Of a stretch of 64,000 nt of DNA, positions 51,485 through 62,975 are shown piece after piece. This DNA comes from Podarcis tiliguerta (lineage: Eukaryota), in the NCBI GenBank assembly GCA_965153285.1, contig OZ229115.1. One strand, given 5' to 3'. Each line of letters starts with the position of its first letter. Position 1 is the stretch's first letter. The notes under the pieces are model-generated. The model was not told where the DNA came from. It did no database searches and saw nothing but the letters and a program-made list of their open reading frames with translations. The position numbers and the translations under genes were made by a program.

Positions 51485-51487
<3 letters not shown>
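51351..51487 (+). mobile_element. Degenerate Squam3-like SINE
   Basis: tgctttgcatgca..aggttcc...tctccaggt..ggctgg...cctgcctgaaaccctggaga...ctgagctggatgga. Confidence 0.7.

Positions 51488-51529
<42 letters not shown>
51488..51529. repeat. (TAA)n microsatellite (tail of an adjacent minus-strand L2-tailed repeat)
   Basis: Read directly; followed by tttatttatatcccgccct...ctcagagcggctaaca. Confidence 0.9.
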
Positions 51530-51742
51530 TTATTTATTTATATCCCGCCCTCCCCAGCCAAAGCCAGGCTCAGAGCGGCTAACAACAGATAGCATAAAGT
51601 AGCTTCTTGTGTTTCCATTCAAAGCTGTATGTAAATACGCACATTCTGGAGCTCAGGGTTGTGCATTGCAGTTTTCAATTCCATTAAGAACTTTTATGAA
51701 TACACAAAACAATAGTTGGCTTTAATATAGCAACAACTAATA

Positions 51743-52098
51743 GTTTATTTACACCCCCGCCTACTATGGGCAGCTTCCAACATAATATAAAAACACAACT
51801 AAACATCAGGCATTAAAATCTTCCTGATACAGGGTGGCCTTCAGATGTCTTCTAAAAGACAAATCACTGTTTATTTCCTTGACATCTGATGGAAGGGCAT
51901 GCCACAGGGCAGGTGCAACTACCAAGAAGGCCCTCTGCCTTTCCCCCTAAAGCTTCACAATGAGGGAACAAGCAGAAGACCCTCAGAGGAGGACCTCAGT
52001 GTCCAGGCTAGAGGTGGAGATGCTCCTTCAGGTATACAGGGCCGATGCTGTTTAAGGCTTTAATGGTCAGCACCAGCACTTTGAATTGTGCTCGGAAA
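51743..52098 (-). mobile_element. L2-like LINE 3' fragment
   Basis: gccttcagatgtcttctaaa...gaaggccctct...gctccttcaggtat...taaggcttta.tggtcagcaccagcactttgaattgtgctcggaaa. Confidence 0.7.
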
Positions 52099-52496
52099 GG
52101 GGCCTAAACATGTGTCCTGTAGCCCTGCTCTTACCTATGTTGCCCCTTGGGGAAAAGACACTTGAAGAGCATTTGAGTGGATCAGCTTTCAGCATAATAC
52201 TGACACCAGTATATAACCAATGATGGAGCATCTCACCCTTCCTGTAACTTGAAGATGTTTGTGCCCAGAACTTTGTGACATACTCTTCAGCTTGATTCTG
52301 CATGTGCTTGCCTGCCTGTCGCACCCCCACCTTTCCCCCCCTCTTTTAAGCTTAATGTGGGTCTGGTCCTTCTGGCACGCCAGTGTCTCCTGAGCAGTGT
52401 GATTCCCAGGTGCATGATCGGTTACTCTAAGGATGCCTGACTGCTGCAGCTGCAGGAACCGTCTCTCAAAGCATTTCTCTTTTTCTCCCATGCAAG

Positions 52497-52633
52497 GGGC
52501 ATTATCAACCCTGTGGGAGGGTCCAGGAGTGCCCGGACAGCTCCACTGCAATGCATCTCTGTGGCAGAAGGACACACCAAGCCTGTCCTGTGCCTGGATG
52601 CTACAGATGAATTGTTGTTCTCTGGATCCAAAG
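52497..52633 (+). CDS. KIF21B: KIF21B exon 29 (GIINPVGG...[22 protein letters not shown], first WD40 repeat)
   Basis: tgcaag| and G|gtgtgt; 137 nt. Confidence 0.94.
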
Positions 52634-53441
52634 GTGTGTGTTTGAGAGAGGGGGTAGGAGCTGCTTTTGGTGGCTTAAGCCTGGTATGAATGAACACTGA
52701 GCCAGAAGTTCTGATTGGAGCTTTTCTAACAGTGTTCAGAAATGGGTTAAATTTTAGCATTCTCAGGGATGGTGGAAGAAAAAGTATACTATTGCCTTCC
52801 CCGCCCTTTCACCCTAGTTTTGCTGCTGAAGCAAGTTGCCCAGCAACCTTCCCCCCTGCCACAGTACCTCTCTTTGAAGGACTCTGTGTCACGATGTAGC
52901 TGCATCACCCCAGGGACATGGTTGACGGAACTAAGCTGCCCCCATGGCTGCAATTGGGACAGTCATTCTCCCCGCCCCTGCGAGCAGTGACGTTAAAGTG
53001 CTTCCCATGCGGAGTAGCCACTGCATGGAGACAGTTTTGAGCAGGCTCAGTCTGTATGGTATATCATGTGACAAGTGCCCTCTAGATATATTGCACTCCC
53101 ACTATTTTCCTTGGCAAGTCAAGCATGCATGTGCCTGCTCACAGGCATGGGCATAACAAGTGTCATGTCTCTTTCCGATAAGTGCAGTGGGAGGCAAAAA
53201 AGTTAAGGATGACTATAAAGACAGGGGGGAAAAGAAACTTCTGCAACTGCTGAACCTTTCAAATTTGAATTAAAACCGGCTGCTTTCCATCTTATCTGCT
53301 GTATGTCCACATTTTAAAATATTAGTCACATCTTAGAATCACTGAAGAAATATGTTGCTTAGGAGAGAGTGGTGGTTTCTGCTCTCAGATGGGAAACTAG
53401 GGCACTGCTGGCACAACTGAAGTTCTCTCTTCTTTCCAAAG

Positions 53442-53622
53442 ATCGGAGTTGCAAAATGTGGAACTTGGTGACTGGCCAGGAAATTGCCTCCTTGAAAGGC
53501 CACCCAAACAATGTGGTTTCCATAAAGTACAGTAACCACTCTGGCCTGGTGTTCACAGTCTCTACCTCTTACATCAAAGTGTGGGACATCCGGGATTCTG
53601 CAAAGTGTATTCGTACTCTCAC
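53442..53622 (+). CDS. KIF21B: KIF21B exon 30 (WD40, RSCKMWNL...[16 protein letters not shown])
   Basis: ccaaag| and AC|gtaagt; 181 nt. Confidence 0.96.
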
Positions 53623-54429
53623 GTAAGTACTTGGCAGCTTTCTGTTTTGCTGCTTTTGAGTTTTTCGAAGCTTCATTTGTGGACTTGTAAGGTTTAACTA
53701 AGTGGGTTTTAAGAGCATAAGCCATTGCTATCCATGGTCACATAACTTTGTGCCAAATCATCCATTGCTGCATAAGGCAGGAGAAAGTGAACAGTGAGAT
53801 CCCACAATCTGCTTCTGATTGCTGATGTTTGGATAGCATTGTATCTGCAGGTGCTCCTCACCTGCTTGCTGGTCTACTATGTCCTGTTTTGCCGTGGAAC
53901 GCAATGCTCCACAGGGCACAGCCCCTTTGCCTTGACAGCTGACACAGGGCCATGTCTCTACCCACCAAACTTGCTTCCTCCAACATCTACAGGCCAAATT
54001 ATGCATGTCATTTGTCACATGCTTAGTCCTATTGTGCAATGTGCAGGGATGAACATAGCAAAGTCACATCAGGACAGTCCCAGTCAAGGAGCTCCTGCAC
54101 TGACTATTCTTAAGAATAAAAAATGGCACACCAGGTCTAATCCTGTGACAAACCCTTAGTAGGCTCTCTTTTCAATCTGCTAGAACTGTTCCTCTGAAGA
54201 ATAATTCCTTCCATGTGATCTGTGGGTTTGAAAACATATTGCTGTTCCTGGCCCTCATGGAGTTGAACCTTTCCTTGCTCTTTATTTTGGAGCTGCTTTT
54301 GTCTGAGTAGCCTCCTCCGAAAGGCAAAGGCAAATCTGCAGTCTCTTTCTTGCCCTGCAGCTGAACTCCATTCCTGATTCTGTGAGACTCCCCTTCATAT
54401 CTCTTTTCCTCTTTCTCTCCCTCTATTAG

Positions 54430-54594
54430 TTCATCAGGCCAGGTGATTGCCGGGGATGCCTGTGCTGGCACCTCCACTCGCACCATCACCAGTGTGCAAG
54501 GAGAGCACCAGATCAACCAGATTGCACTTAACCCCACAGGCACCATGCTCTATGCAGCCACTGGCAATTCTGTCCGCATCTGGGAGCTAAACAG
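54430..54594 (+). CDS. KIF21B: KIF21B exon 31 (WD40, [11 protein letters not shown]...VRIWELN)
   Basis: attag| and AG|gtgaga; 165 nt. Confidence 0.95.
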
Positions 54595-54837
54595 GTGAGA
54601 GGGGGCGAACTGCCTACAATTCCAAACTGTTTGGAAATCTGCAAAAATACCCAGAAGCGAATGGCAAGAGACTGTTGCCATGACCCAAACTCCTCAATTA
54701 CTCACACTAAAGAACTTGAAACTCAACCCCTTTATGAATACATTTAGTATTTGGGCATTACTTGGGGAGCATTTAGCCTGGGGGGGGTGTTCCTGCTGTT
54801 AATTTCTCAACACTACCCTTTCTGCTTTTTTGACTAG

Positions 54838-54955
54838 GTTGCAGCCCATTGGGAAGCTGACAGGCCATATTGGGCCAGTGATGTGTCTCACGGTGAACAG
54901 GACTGCAAGCAACCATGACCTAGTCATCACGGGATCTAAAGATCACTATGTCAAG
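54838..54955 (+). CDS. KIF21B: KIF21B exon 32 (WD40, [12 protein letters not shown]...TGSKDHYVK)
   Basis: actag| and AAG|gtattg; 118 nt. Confidence 0.95.
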
Positions 54956-55536
54956 GTATTGGACATAATAATTACCTTTTGCTGAGTTCACTGTTGGCAG
55001 CGTCCTTAGTCCCTGCCCCCCCTTTGGCAGCCCAACTGCCTGTGTCTCCTGTCTTTAGAGAACCCTACAAAATACTCAAGGCCAAACCCTTTCCCCCCCT
55101 AATACACACTGCAATTTCCAGACATTTTGTTTCACATAACCAAACATACTTAGGGAAGAATTCAGAGTAGCGCTATGTCAGTTGTTCCATCAGTGCAAGG
55201 ATTTCAGCTTGCTAGAGGGAATGAGTCCTCTCCTTCCACCATATGCCATTCCGGGGGCTATTCTCCCCAATAAAGTATATTGGGTGGGGTGCATGGGCAG
55301 AGAAGGGGGAGAAATGCCCTGTTTCACCAGTAGAAGTCCTTGCACAGCCTTCCACTAGAAAGACTCATTGGTTGAATCCATTCCCTTATTTTTAAGAGTT
55401 ACTCTGGAGCAGGGAAAGCTATAGGACTATCTAGCACAATGCCTACTTTTCTGAAAGCGTGGGACACTGAGCCCAGGGTTAACTGCAGGTTGAACCTGGG
55501 CTGTGGATTCTTATTTTGCCACTTCTCATTTTGCAG

Positions 55537-55707
55537 ATGTTTGAGATTGCAGAAGGCGTTGTTGGGAATATCGGCCCCACTCACAACTTTGAACCCCCAC
55601 ATTATGATGGCATTGAGTGCCTAGCTATTCAGGGAGATGTTCTCTTCAGCGGCTCCAGGGACAACGGAATCAAGAAATGGGACCTGGACCAGCAGGAGCT
55701 CATCCAG
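55537..55707 (+). CDS. KIF21B: KIF21B exon 33 (WD40, [13 protein letters not shown]...[13 protein letters not shown])
   Basis: ttgcag| and CAG|gtatga; 171 nt. Confidence 0.96.
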
Positions 55708-56024
55708 GTATGAAGGATGCTGGGTTTTCAAAGACAGAGGCGGTATACCATTTGTGTGGTGTGAATTATGCTGAGGGTGTCAATATACAGTTGGTGCATA
55801 AATTCCTCCTGTAGTGCAGGGGTAAGAAGGCTTCATGCTGACATCCCTGAAGGGGGCGGACCATGAGGCCAGTGGAAATTTTAGATGCTGAAATTCAGAT
55901 AGTGCACGTACCCCATACACATTAAATTTATTTGCAGCAAGTATGGACTCTGCATATGCGTACCAGCCATGATTGTATTGAGCTCAGTAAGCCTCTTCGA
56001 AAAAGCAGGGTGGTTATGCTAGAA

Positions 56025-56160
56025 CAGGCATAGGCAAACTTTGGCCCTCCAGATGTTTGGGACTACAATTCCCATCATCCCTAGCTAACAGGACCAGGGG
56101 TCAGGGATGATGGGAATTGTAGTCCCAAACATCTGGAGGGCCAGAGTTTGCCTATACCTG
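56025..56160. mobile_element. 136-bp palindromic hAT MITE (opposite orientation to the 16216 copy)
   Basis: ~58-bp near-perfect arms; the spacer is the reverse complement of the 16216 spacer with 1 mismatch; flanks TGCTAGAA and TTCTAGAG. Confidence 0.9.
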
Positions 56161-57403
56161 TTCTAGAGAGAGGGTGAGCAAGGACCAAATCTCTTGGAGC
56201 ACTGACTTGCTGGCAGTATCTAGTAGAACCAGGTGCCCTCCAGATGTTTAGGGCTACCAGATTAGGGAAAGCAGTTGTAAAAGAATCCTACTATCTTCCT
56301 TTAATAAGTTAATATTTCCATTGTATATTTTCCCAGCAGTCAAACAACATTGGCCCTCAAAGTCTTGTTGGGGGCCTTATCTATTGCCTATGTGTTGTAT
56401 TATTTATTATTCTAGCTATTTAGTGGTCCTTGACTTGGTTATCTAGTTTACTACTGGTAACAAGCACAATTAGTCCCAAGACATGTGTGTGCCAAGTTTG
56501 GGGAGCTTGGGGCAACTCCCATAATCCCTAGTCATTGGCCTTGCTGACTGATGCCAATGGGAGTTGGGGGTCTAAAAACATCAAGCAAGCCACAAATATT
56601 CCACTGCTGATCTATGCCCTTTGGTGCACTATTTTAGAGTTAAATGGATAAGACTGCTTATAGAGGACAAGTATCTCTGATGTTATCCTAATCTTTCAAG
56701 CCTCTATCTTAATTTTCCAAGCCTCTGTGTGGGTCCTATAATGGGTGGCCATTGGCAAGAGCTGTGGGAAGGCCAAGCCAACAGCCATTCTGAGTGCAAT
56801 CCAGTAACTTCTGTCTTTGCCAAATGTGTCACATAAGAACCAAAGGAAGGAAGTTGTCTTGGCTTAGTTAAGGATTGGAATCCCTGTTGAAAGGGTCGGC
56901 CCTGCTCATGCAGAATTCTCCTCTTGTTGCTGCAGTGTTCACAGTTTTCAAGTGTGTGGCCTTGCTTTTGCATAGCCAGTTCCCCATTTCAAATTTAGCC
57001 TCAATTTCAGGTGGTGATATTGATCTGCAAACATTTGTTCAGGTTTCTGAGGTGTGTCAGCTGGGTGTCCTCATTTTAAGACTGTTTGCATTATTAGGAA
57101 CAAGCCCAATTAAAGAATTCCCCTGCATTTGCAAGATTGGTGTGTTGGCCAATTGGGTTTTAGCTGCCACTGTGCCATAACCTTCAGGACAAATTAATGG
57201 CATGGTGGCATTATTTTTATGGCACAAACAACACCTACAATGAATGGCAGTGTTATTCCAGTTCTTCTTTAGTATCTAGTCCACTCCCTTGGGCTTTGTT
57301 TTAACTCCCAAGTCATCTCATTCAGAAATCTGTGGGTGGAAATGTTTTTGGGGTGTGGCAACAGGCCCTTGCTAACTCAGCTCATTGTGACTCCTGTTTC
57401 TAG

Positions 57404-57603
57404 CAAATCCCAAACGCACACAAAGACTGGGTTTGTGCGTTGGCCTTTGTGCCTAGCCGGCCCATGCTGCTGAGTGCCTGCCGTGGTGGGACAGTGAAGG
57501 TCTGGAATGTCGATAACTTCACCCCCGTTGGGGACATCAAAGGGCACGACAGCCCCATCAATGCCATCTGCACCAATTCTAAGCACATATTCACAGCTTC
57601 CAG
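57404..57603 (+). CDS. KIF21B: KIF21B exon 34 (WD40, [10 protein letters not shown]...[20 protein letters not shown])
   Basis: ttctag| and AG|gtgagt; 200 nt. Confidence 0.96.
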
Positions 57604-58304
57604 GTGAGTGTTGAGGGCAAGGGCTTCTCTTTTCCATGAACTCTTTGCCCGCTGCATCCCATCATGTGTAGTCAAGCTGCTCAAAAAAATGAGGTGCCAC
57701 CAGAGATGAGCTGGTTACGGGCCCAAGCACCTGGTTGACGGAGGAGCCAGAGGAAGCCATTGCTTCTGTGGCCGCCCTGCTCACAGAGCCATAGTGCAGT
57801 GGTGTCCATCTCAACACCGATCTCCCAGAGTTGCTTACTGTGCATCCTTGAGACCAAGGAACGGCTTTTTCATGGTTCTTTAGTTCACCTCTTCCTCATC
57901 ACATCTCCAGCGAGATTATGCATGGTGCTTCCTTGTTTGTACCTGAGGTTGATTTCTGGCACTGCCCCTTACGAAAGGGTGCCTTGCTGTAGTAGCAAGT
58001 GATTAGCACCTAAGGACATAGCTCCTCAACTGAGGCACAACAAGCTGGTTTGTCCCAGCAGTCACGAACTGAAGTGAGCCGCGGGGGCTCTTGGTAACCC
58101 ATGACGGTCCCATGGAGATTCTGGCAGAGCAAGGGCCAAAGACTTGGCAAGAGGGCTTCCCCAGGGAGGGCGGCCCAGGCCCCACCACTCACTCTCTTCC
58201 CCTTTGGAGTCTCTAATCTCCTCTTTTCCGACCATGTTTCTTTTTTCCTTTTCTCTCTTCCTCTCTCTGTCTCTCTTCTCTCTCTCTGTTTCTATGTGCC
58301 ACAG

Positions 58305-58404
58305 TGACTGCCGGGTAAAGTTATGGAATTACGTGCCTGGGCTCACCCCCTGCCTTCCACGACGCGTCCTTGCCATCAAGGGCCGTGCTACCAGTCTGCC
58401 TTGA
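58305..58404 (+). CDS. KIF21B: KIF21B terminal coding segment 35a ([32 protein letters not shown])
   Basis: Long CU-rich tract and cacag| acceptor; in frame to TGA; matches the KIF21B C-terminus as I recall it. Confidence 0.93.
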
Positions 58405-58760
58405 CCCTCCTCCTGTCTTCTCTGCTCTCCTGCTCACTTTTTCTTGCTGTGTTCCCCCTTCCCCTCTTTCTCGTCCCTAACCCCTTTCTCTGCGAGCTGA
58501 TCTCAGCTGCTTCTTAACGGTATGCAATGCTTACTTGCTTTTCTTTCCCTTTAGGGCAGTAAGTGGAGGTGTTTTCCAAGGGAGACATTACTTCCCAGTT
58601 CACCTCCAAAGTGGGCATGCAAAAAAAAACCCAACCCATCTCACTTTCCTCCTTGACATGCCTGCTTGGTTGCATTATTAAGGCTGCATGCTTCACTTGG
58701 AAGCCTGTCCCACTGAAATCAATGAAGCTAACCTCTAATAAACTATGTTTAGGGTTGGCG

Positions 58761-58912
58761 TGATTTATGTGGAAATTGTTCAGTTTTTGTGTTTTTTAAT
58801 GTTTTATTTATTTATGACTAATTTTGTTACGTTGCAGTTACACATTTCCTTTCATGTTGTAAGCCACCTTGAGCATGGTTTGAACTGTGGAAAGGTGGCA
58901 TACAAATAAAAT
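58761..58912 (+). mobile_element. L2-type 3' tail fragment between terminal segments 35a and 35b
   Basis: Homologous to 22857-23012; ends in AATAAA at 58905-58910. Confidence 0.6.
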
Positions 58913-59381
58913 TGTGTGTATGTGTGTGTGTTGTGTGTGTAAATGTCAATGGGGATCATGTAGGGGGTGGGGGAGTACAACCCCCAAGGCAGGTCCCAAT
59001 TTGAATTCTGGTTTTGCAGTAAGTGAAGGTGTTTGAATTCTTTCTCTCTTGCTTTAAACAGGGAATTTGTTCTGGAGTAGCCCAGGTGCCTTCCTGGTGT
59101 CCTTGGGCAATGCAAGAGAGTGAACGGCAGGAGAGGAAGGATTTTGGGTGGGAAATCAGCACAGTGCCCAAATTAAGGAGTGTGGTCCAGATTGGGAGCC
59201 CATGTGGCTGCTTTTCCTTCAAAATAAATATTCACCTATCTACTAAGCACACTTTTTACAAGCATGTTATTTATGTAATCTGTGGTTTGCACCTCCATTT
59301 TCCCTTTATCTGAGCTTGTTCAGTGTTTTGTTCTTGACTTTCTAAATGTCATATTCCCACCTTTTCCTCTTCATTCCCCAG

Positions 59382-59436
59382 TGACTGGACAGTGAAACTC
59401 TGGAGTGCAAGGAAGCTACTGAACAGCACAACCTAG
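59382..59436 (+). CDS. KIF21B: KIF21B alternative terminal coding segment 35b (DWTVKLWSARKLLNSTT*)
   Basis: Pyrimidine tract and cccag| acceptor; same phase as 35a; encodes the same SDxxVKLW WD40 strand, then TAG. Confidence 0.85.
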
Positions 59437-62400
59437 ATAGAACCTGGGGAACTACTTGGACATGGTGACTGTGGTGGAGGTCACGAGAAGACAAGATGCG
59501 GCGCTCTTGTTGAGCCTGGCTTGCAAGGGTAGGACGTGCTTAGCTTCCCACCAGAATCTCACACACTCAGGGCTTCAGGAAAAGATGGCACCCTGGCTTT
59601 TTGGTACCATGTGCCCCAGTGAGTGAGTTGGTTGGATGGTGCGAGGGAGCCTTCTTTCCTTTCCAGTTTCCATGCTCCATGTCTCTTTGCTTGGTAGGAT
59701 TTTGCAATGACACTGAACTGTCATTGCATTGCCAGCCAAGGAGGAAGGTCAAGCCGAGGCATTTGAGAGCACTTCTCCCATCAGAATCCACATGCCACCC
59801 AAACAGGCACCCCCCAGGCTATGTGAGAAGCTCTGCAAAATAGGTGGTTTTAGGTGTTCAGAGGCCAAGGGGGTTTATCAAGGAAAGATGCAAGAAACCT
59901 CATTCCTCACTCCATCACGCCTGAGCAATCCACACCCATTGACTCCTATGGCCGCCTGTGCCCTGCTTATGGCATTCCTTCAGAGCTTAACAGTGAAACT
60001 GACCAGAGGAAATCTAAACATGCCAGCTGCTTCCTGGATGTGTTTCCTGCATAGCTGATTGTTGTGTTTTAGAGGATATTTCTTGTTCTAGTTAGATCTT
60101 TCATGAGTGTTAATGCGCTGGCTTCCTTTCTCTTATTTCCACCACTGATGGGCTGTGTGTATGTGTGTGTGTGATTTTATGAAGGGGGGAAGGGTGGGTG
60201 GCAAAGTTAGCCACCTTTTTTAAAATGTTAAGCACATGTGATATTTCTCAGTTTTCACTCCAAAAGTAGAATCGCCAAAGGTTTTCATTTTCAAATGCTT
60301 AGAGCCCTACCAAGAGAACATAAAAAAGAAAAATCTCTACTGTATAAGTGAGGCCTGTCAAATGGGTGATGGATAATATGGGATTTGGATTATCACTTTT
60401 TCTTCAACTGTGGAATCAAGATTTCTGTTAGTTTGGAAGAATGGTTGCTTTCTGTGTTCCAGCTTCAGACTTGAAATTGTAATGCTGGTCCCTTTTTTCA
60501 TAGTGCTAGATATCCCAGGAGGGGAAAAAAAAGATGTGAGCTACTGGAATATGTTTTTGGATTCTCCCTGGGAAAGTCTTCACAGGCAGCCTGGGGGAAA
60601 ACATGCATTATTTCAATCTGTGAAGCTGTTTACATTGTCCTGTTCCAATACGAGAAAATAATAATGGCAACAGAAACTGACTCTCTCCCCTCAGGTGGAG
60701 AAAGGACCCTTTTAAGCATTGGAACAGAAATGTGTGAGTTTTTTCTTTAGATTTTTAACAGGGTAAGAAACACTTGAACAAGCGTGTGGTGATGCGTTCC
60801 TGTATTCCCCAGGATGTGGGATGATGAGACTTGCCCTCTTAGTCTTGCCCATCACCTGTTTACTTACACCTGCTTGGCATCCGTTCACGTCAATACTCAT
60901 GTCTTTATAATAGACTCTGCAACGAATAAGCAGGAGAAGCTTCTCTCTCTGTGCTTCAATCAACTTGAATTTTCACTGGTGGAGTTTCAACCCACTTAAG
61001 TGTTCTCATGGACCCTGTGTGAGCATCACTTTGCAAGAGATGAAGCTTTCTGTTTGTGTGTAACACAGCAGGGCTGTCCCAGCCCTCACTGGAGAGTCAC
61101 AGAGCACTCCTCAAAACCTTCGTTTCCTCACTTGGTTGTTAATATGTGGTATAAATGGACTTTTGACATGCATTGTGCTCTCCTGACCAAGGACCAAGTT
61201 CATGCCTCAACCAGCAGACTTGGGGTAAGCAGCACACTGGTGGACCATTCCACAGTTTTGCCCCCTGGTTTATAGGAGTCTTCTGCTCTAATAAACTGGG
61301 TTTGGGTGTGAACTTCATCCACTCCATGCAGTGAAGCTGCAGATTCTTCCATTGGGAGTAGGTTATTGTACTGTAATTCTGTATGGGTGTTCAAAAGGTT
61401 CTGTGTATTGTCTTGTGCATTATTTGGGGCTGGGGGAGCAGGAGGGAGAGGGTTGTGTGTATGTGCACGCGCATGAGTGAAATTTAAAAAGGGTGAGGGC
61501 TTGTTTTGAGTTAACCTACCTCATGGTCCAAGGTGTCTAGTTCTACTCTTCGGGGGGTTTTTATGTTAATAAAACTTGAATTAGTCTGGGGAACGCACAT
61601 TACCACTGACCCCTAAGTCCCAAAAGTGAGATGAAGGCAAGGTGAAAGCAAGTGTGCTTTGCCTTCGCTGTTGACTGATTTACATTCGAGCTCACAGCTT
61701 GTACTGTGTCCACCAGCAGCACCAATTTTAATAAGCTCTTCTTAAATGTTAAGACTGATATTTATTGAATCACTGTGTCCTTTGCAGTCTTCTCGTGACT
61801 TAGCATTCTCAACTGAGAATAACAGAGAGGTCCAAGTGATTCAAGCCTTGGAAGAGGGACCATCTTCCATCGGTAATGAAATCAGCACAATCCTCACGCC
61901 TTCACATGGCTACACGAGCTATCTTGTCCGATATTTTCAGAAGCTTGTAGTCCACCTGTGAATGTAGTTGCCTGTAAAAAAATATATTCTAGGAATACAT
62001 TGTGAATTAGCTGCACACAGTTCACCTAAAACTTCCTCCATTCTTCCTTGGAGGAAGTCTGTTTAGTACAAGAAATATGAAATGTCTTGTAAAGTATTAC
62101 TTGATATACCTGAAAGCACTGTGCCTGACAGCACTCTGCTTAACTGTTAAATTATTGACCATATTGCCATATAGTCCCATGTGCCTCAGTGCTATTGCTA
62201 GCTTTTTAGGTATGGGATTATATTTTCTCATATTGAAGAAGCTACCCCCTTCTCTTTATTTTTTAATAGTCCTGATCCAAGCAACGTGACAAAGTGCAAA
62301 ACCCTGCAAATGAAATTGGGTGCAAACCAGGAGAGCCATTTTACCTCCTATGAACAGTTACGTGAAGCACAAGGTGGGAAGGGTCAGAATAAGCAAGCTG

Positions 62401-62975
62401 AAAACATCGTCTGCTTTGAGTAGCCCTTGGGAGTAAATGTGCATGTTCATTAAGAGGACACTGTCATTAACGAGATTCAAAAGTGGGTTTGCACAACCTG
62501 CTTGATTCATCTAGCAGCCCTGGGAAAATCTCTGCCAGGTTCTCCTGGTGTTCTTAAGGCTTTGCTCCTGGTGGTAGGATAACATGCACCATCCCTGCAT
62601 TCCAAGAAAGGAGCTGGGGTGAAAGACGCCCCCTAAAGTGCATCAACACCATAGGCCCGTTTGCTCCACCTCTTGGTTTATGTATACATATATAATCATG
62701 TTTCAATTGACAGGTGCCTTTTCTTGCCCTGAAAGGTGTTTTCTCCCCCTCAAGGCTGGCGTGTGTGTTCAGGGCTTCTTTGGGGGTTTTGTACCATCAG
62801 GCAAAATGGTCACACGTATGTATGTGTGTGTGCGTGTGTACATGATAAGGTGTGTAATTATTTTATACCGCTATGTAAATAGTGTAAGTTATTTAAAGCT
62901 CCCGCTGTACATGGTTTTCCAATGAATGTGTTTGTTCCTCCTCTTAATAAATAAACATCAAAACAAGATCTGAGA
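59437..62975 (+). other. KIF21B: KIF21B long 3' UTR (end approximate)
   Basis: Repeat-poor stretch after the last stop codon, ending in TGTA-rich sequence and overlapping AATAAA hexamers. Confidence 0.65.
62946..62955 (+). terminator. Distal polyadenylation signal (overlapping AATAAA at 62946 and 62950)
   Basis: aataaataaa preceded by several TGTA elements, including TGTAAATA at 62874-62881. Confidence 0.7.

Noticed and set aside
51372-51602. ORF with a poly-Ile 'transmembrane' run
   Set aside because: It is the translation of a (TAA)n microsatellite next to a SINE.
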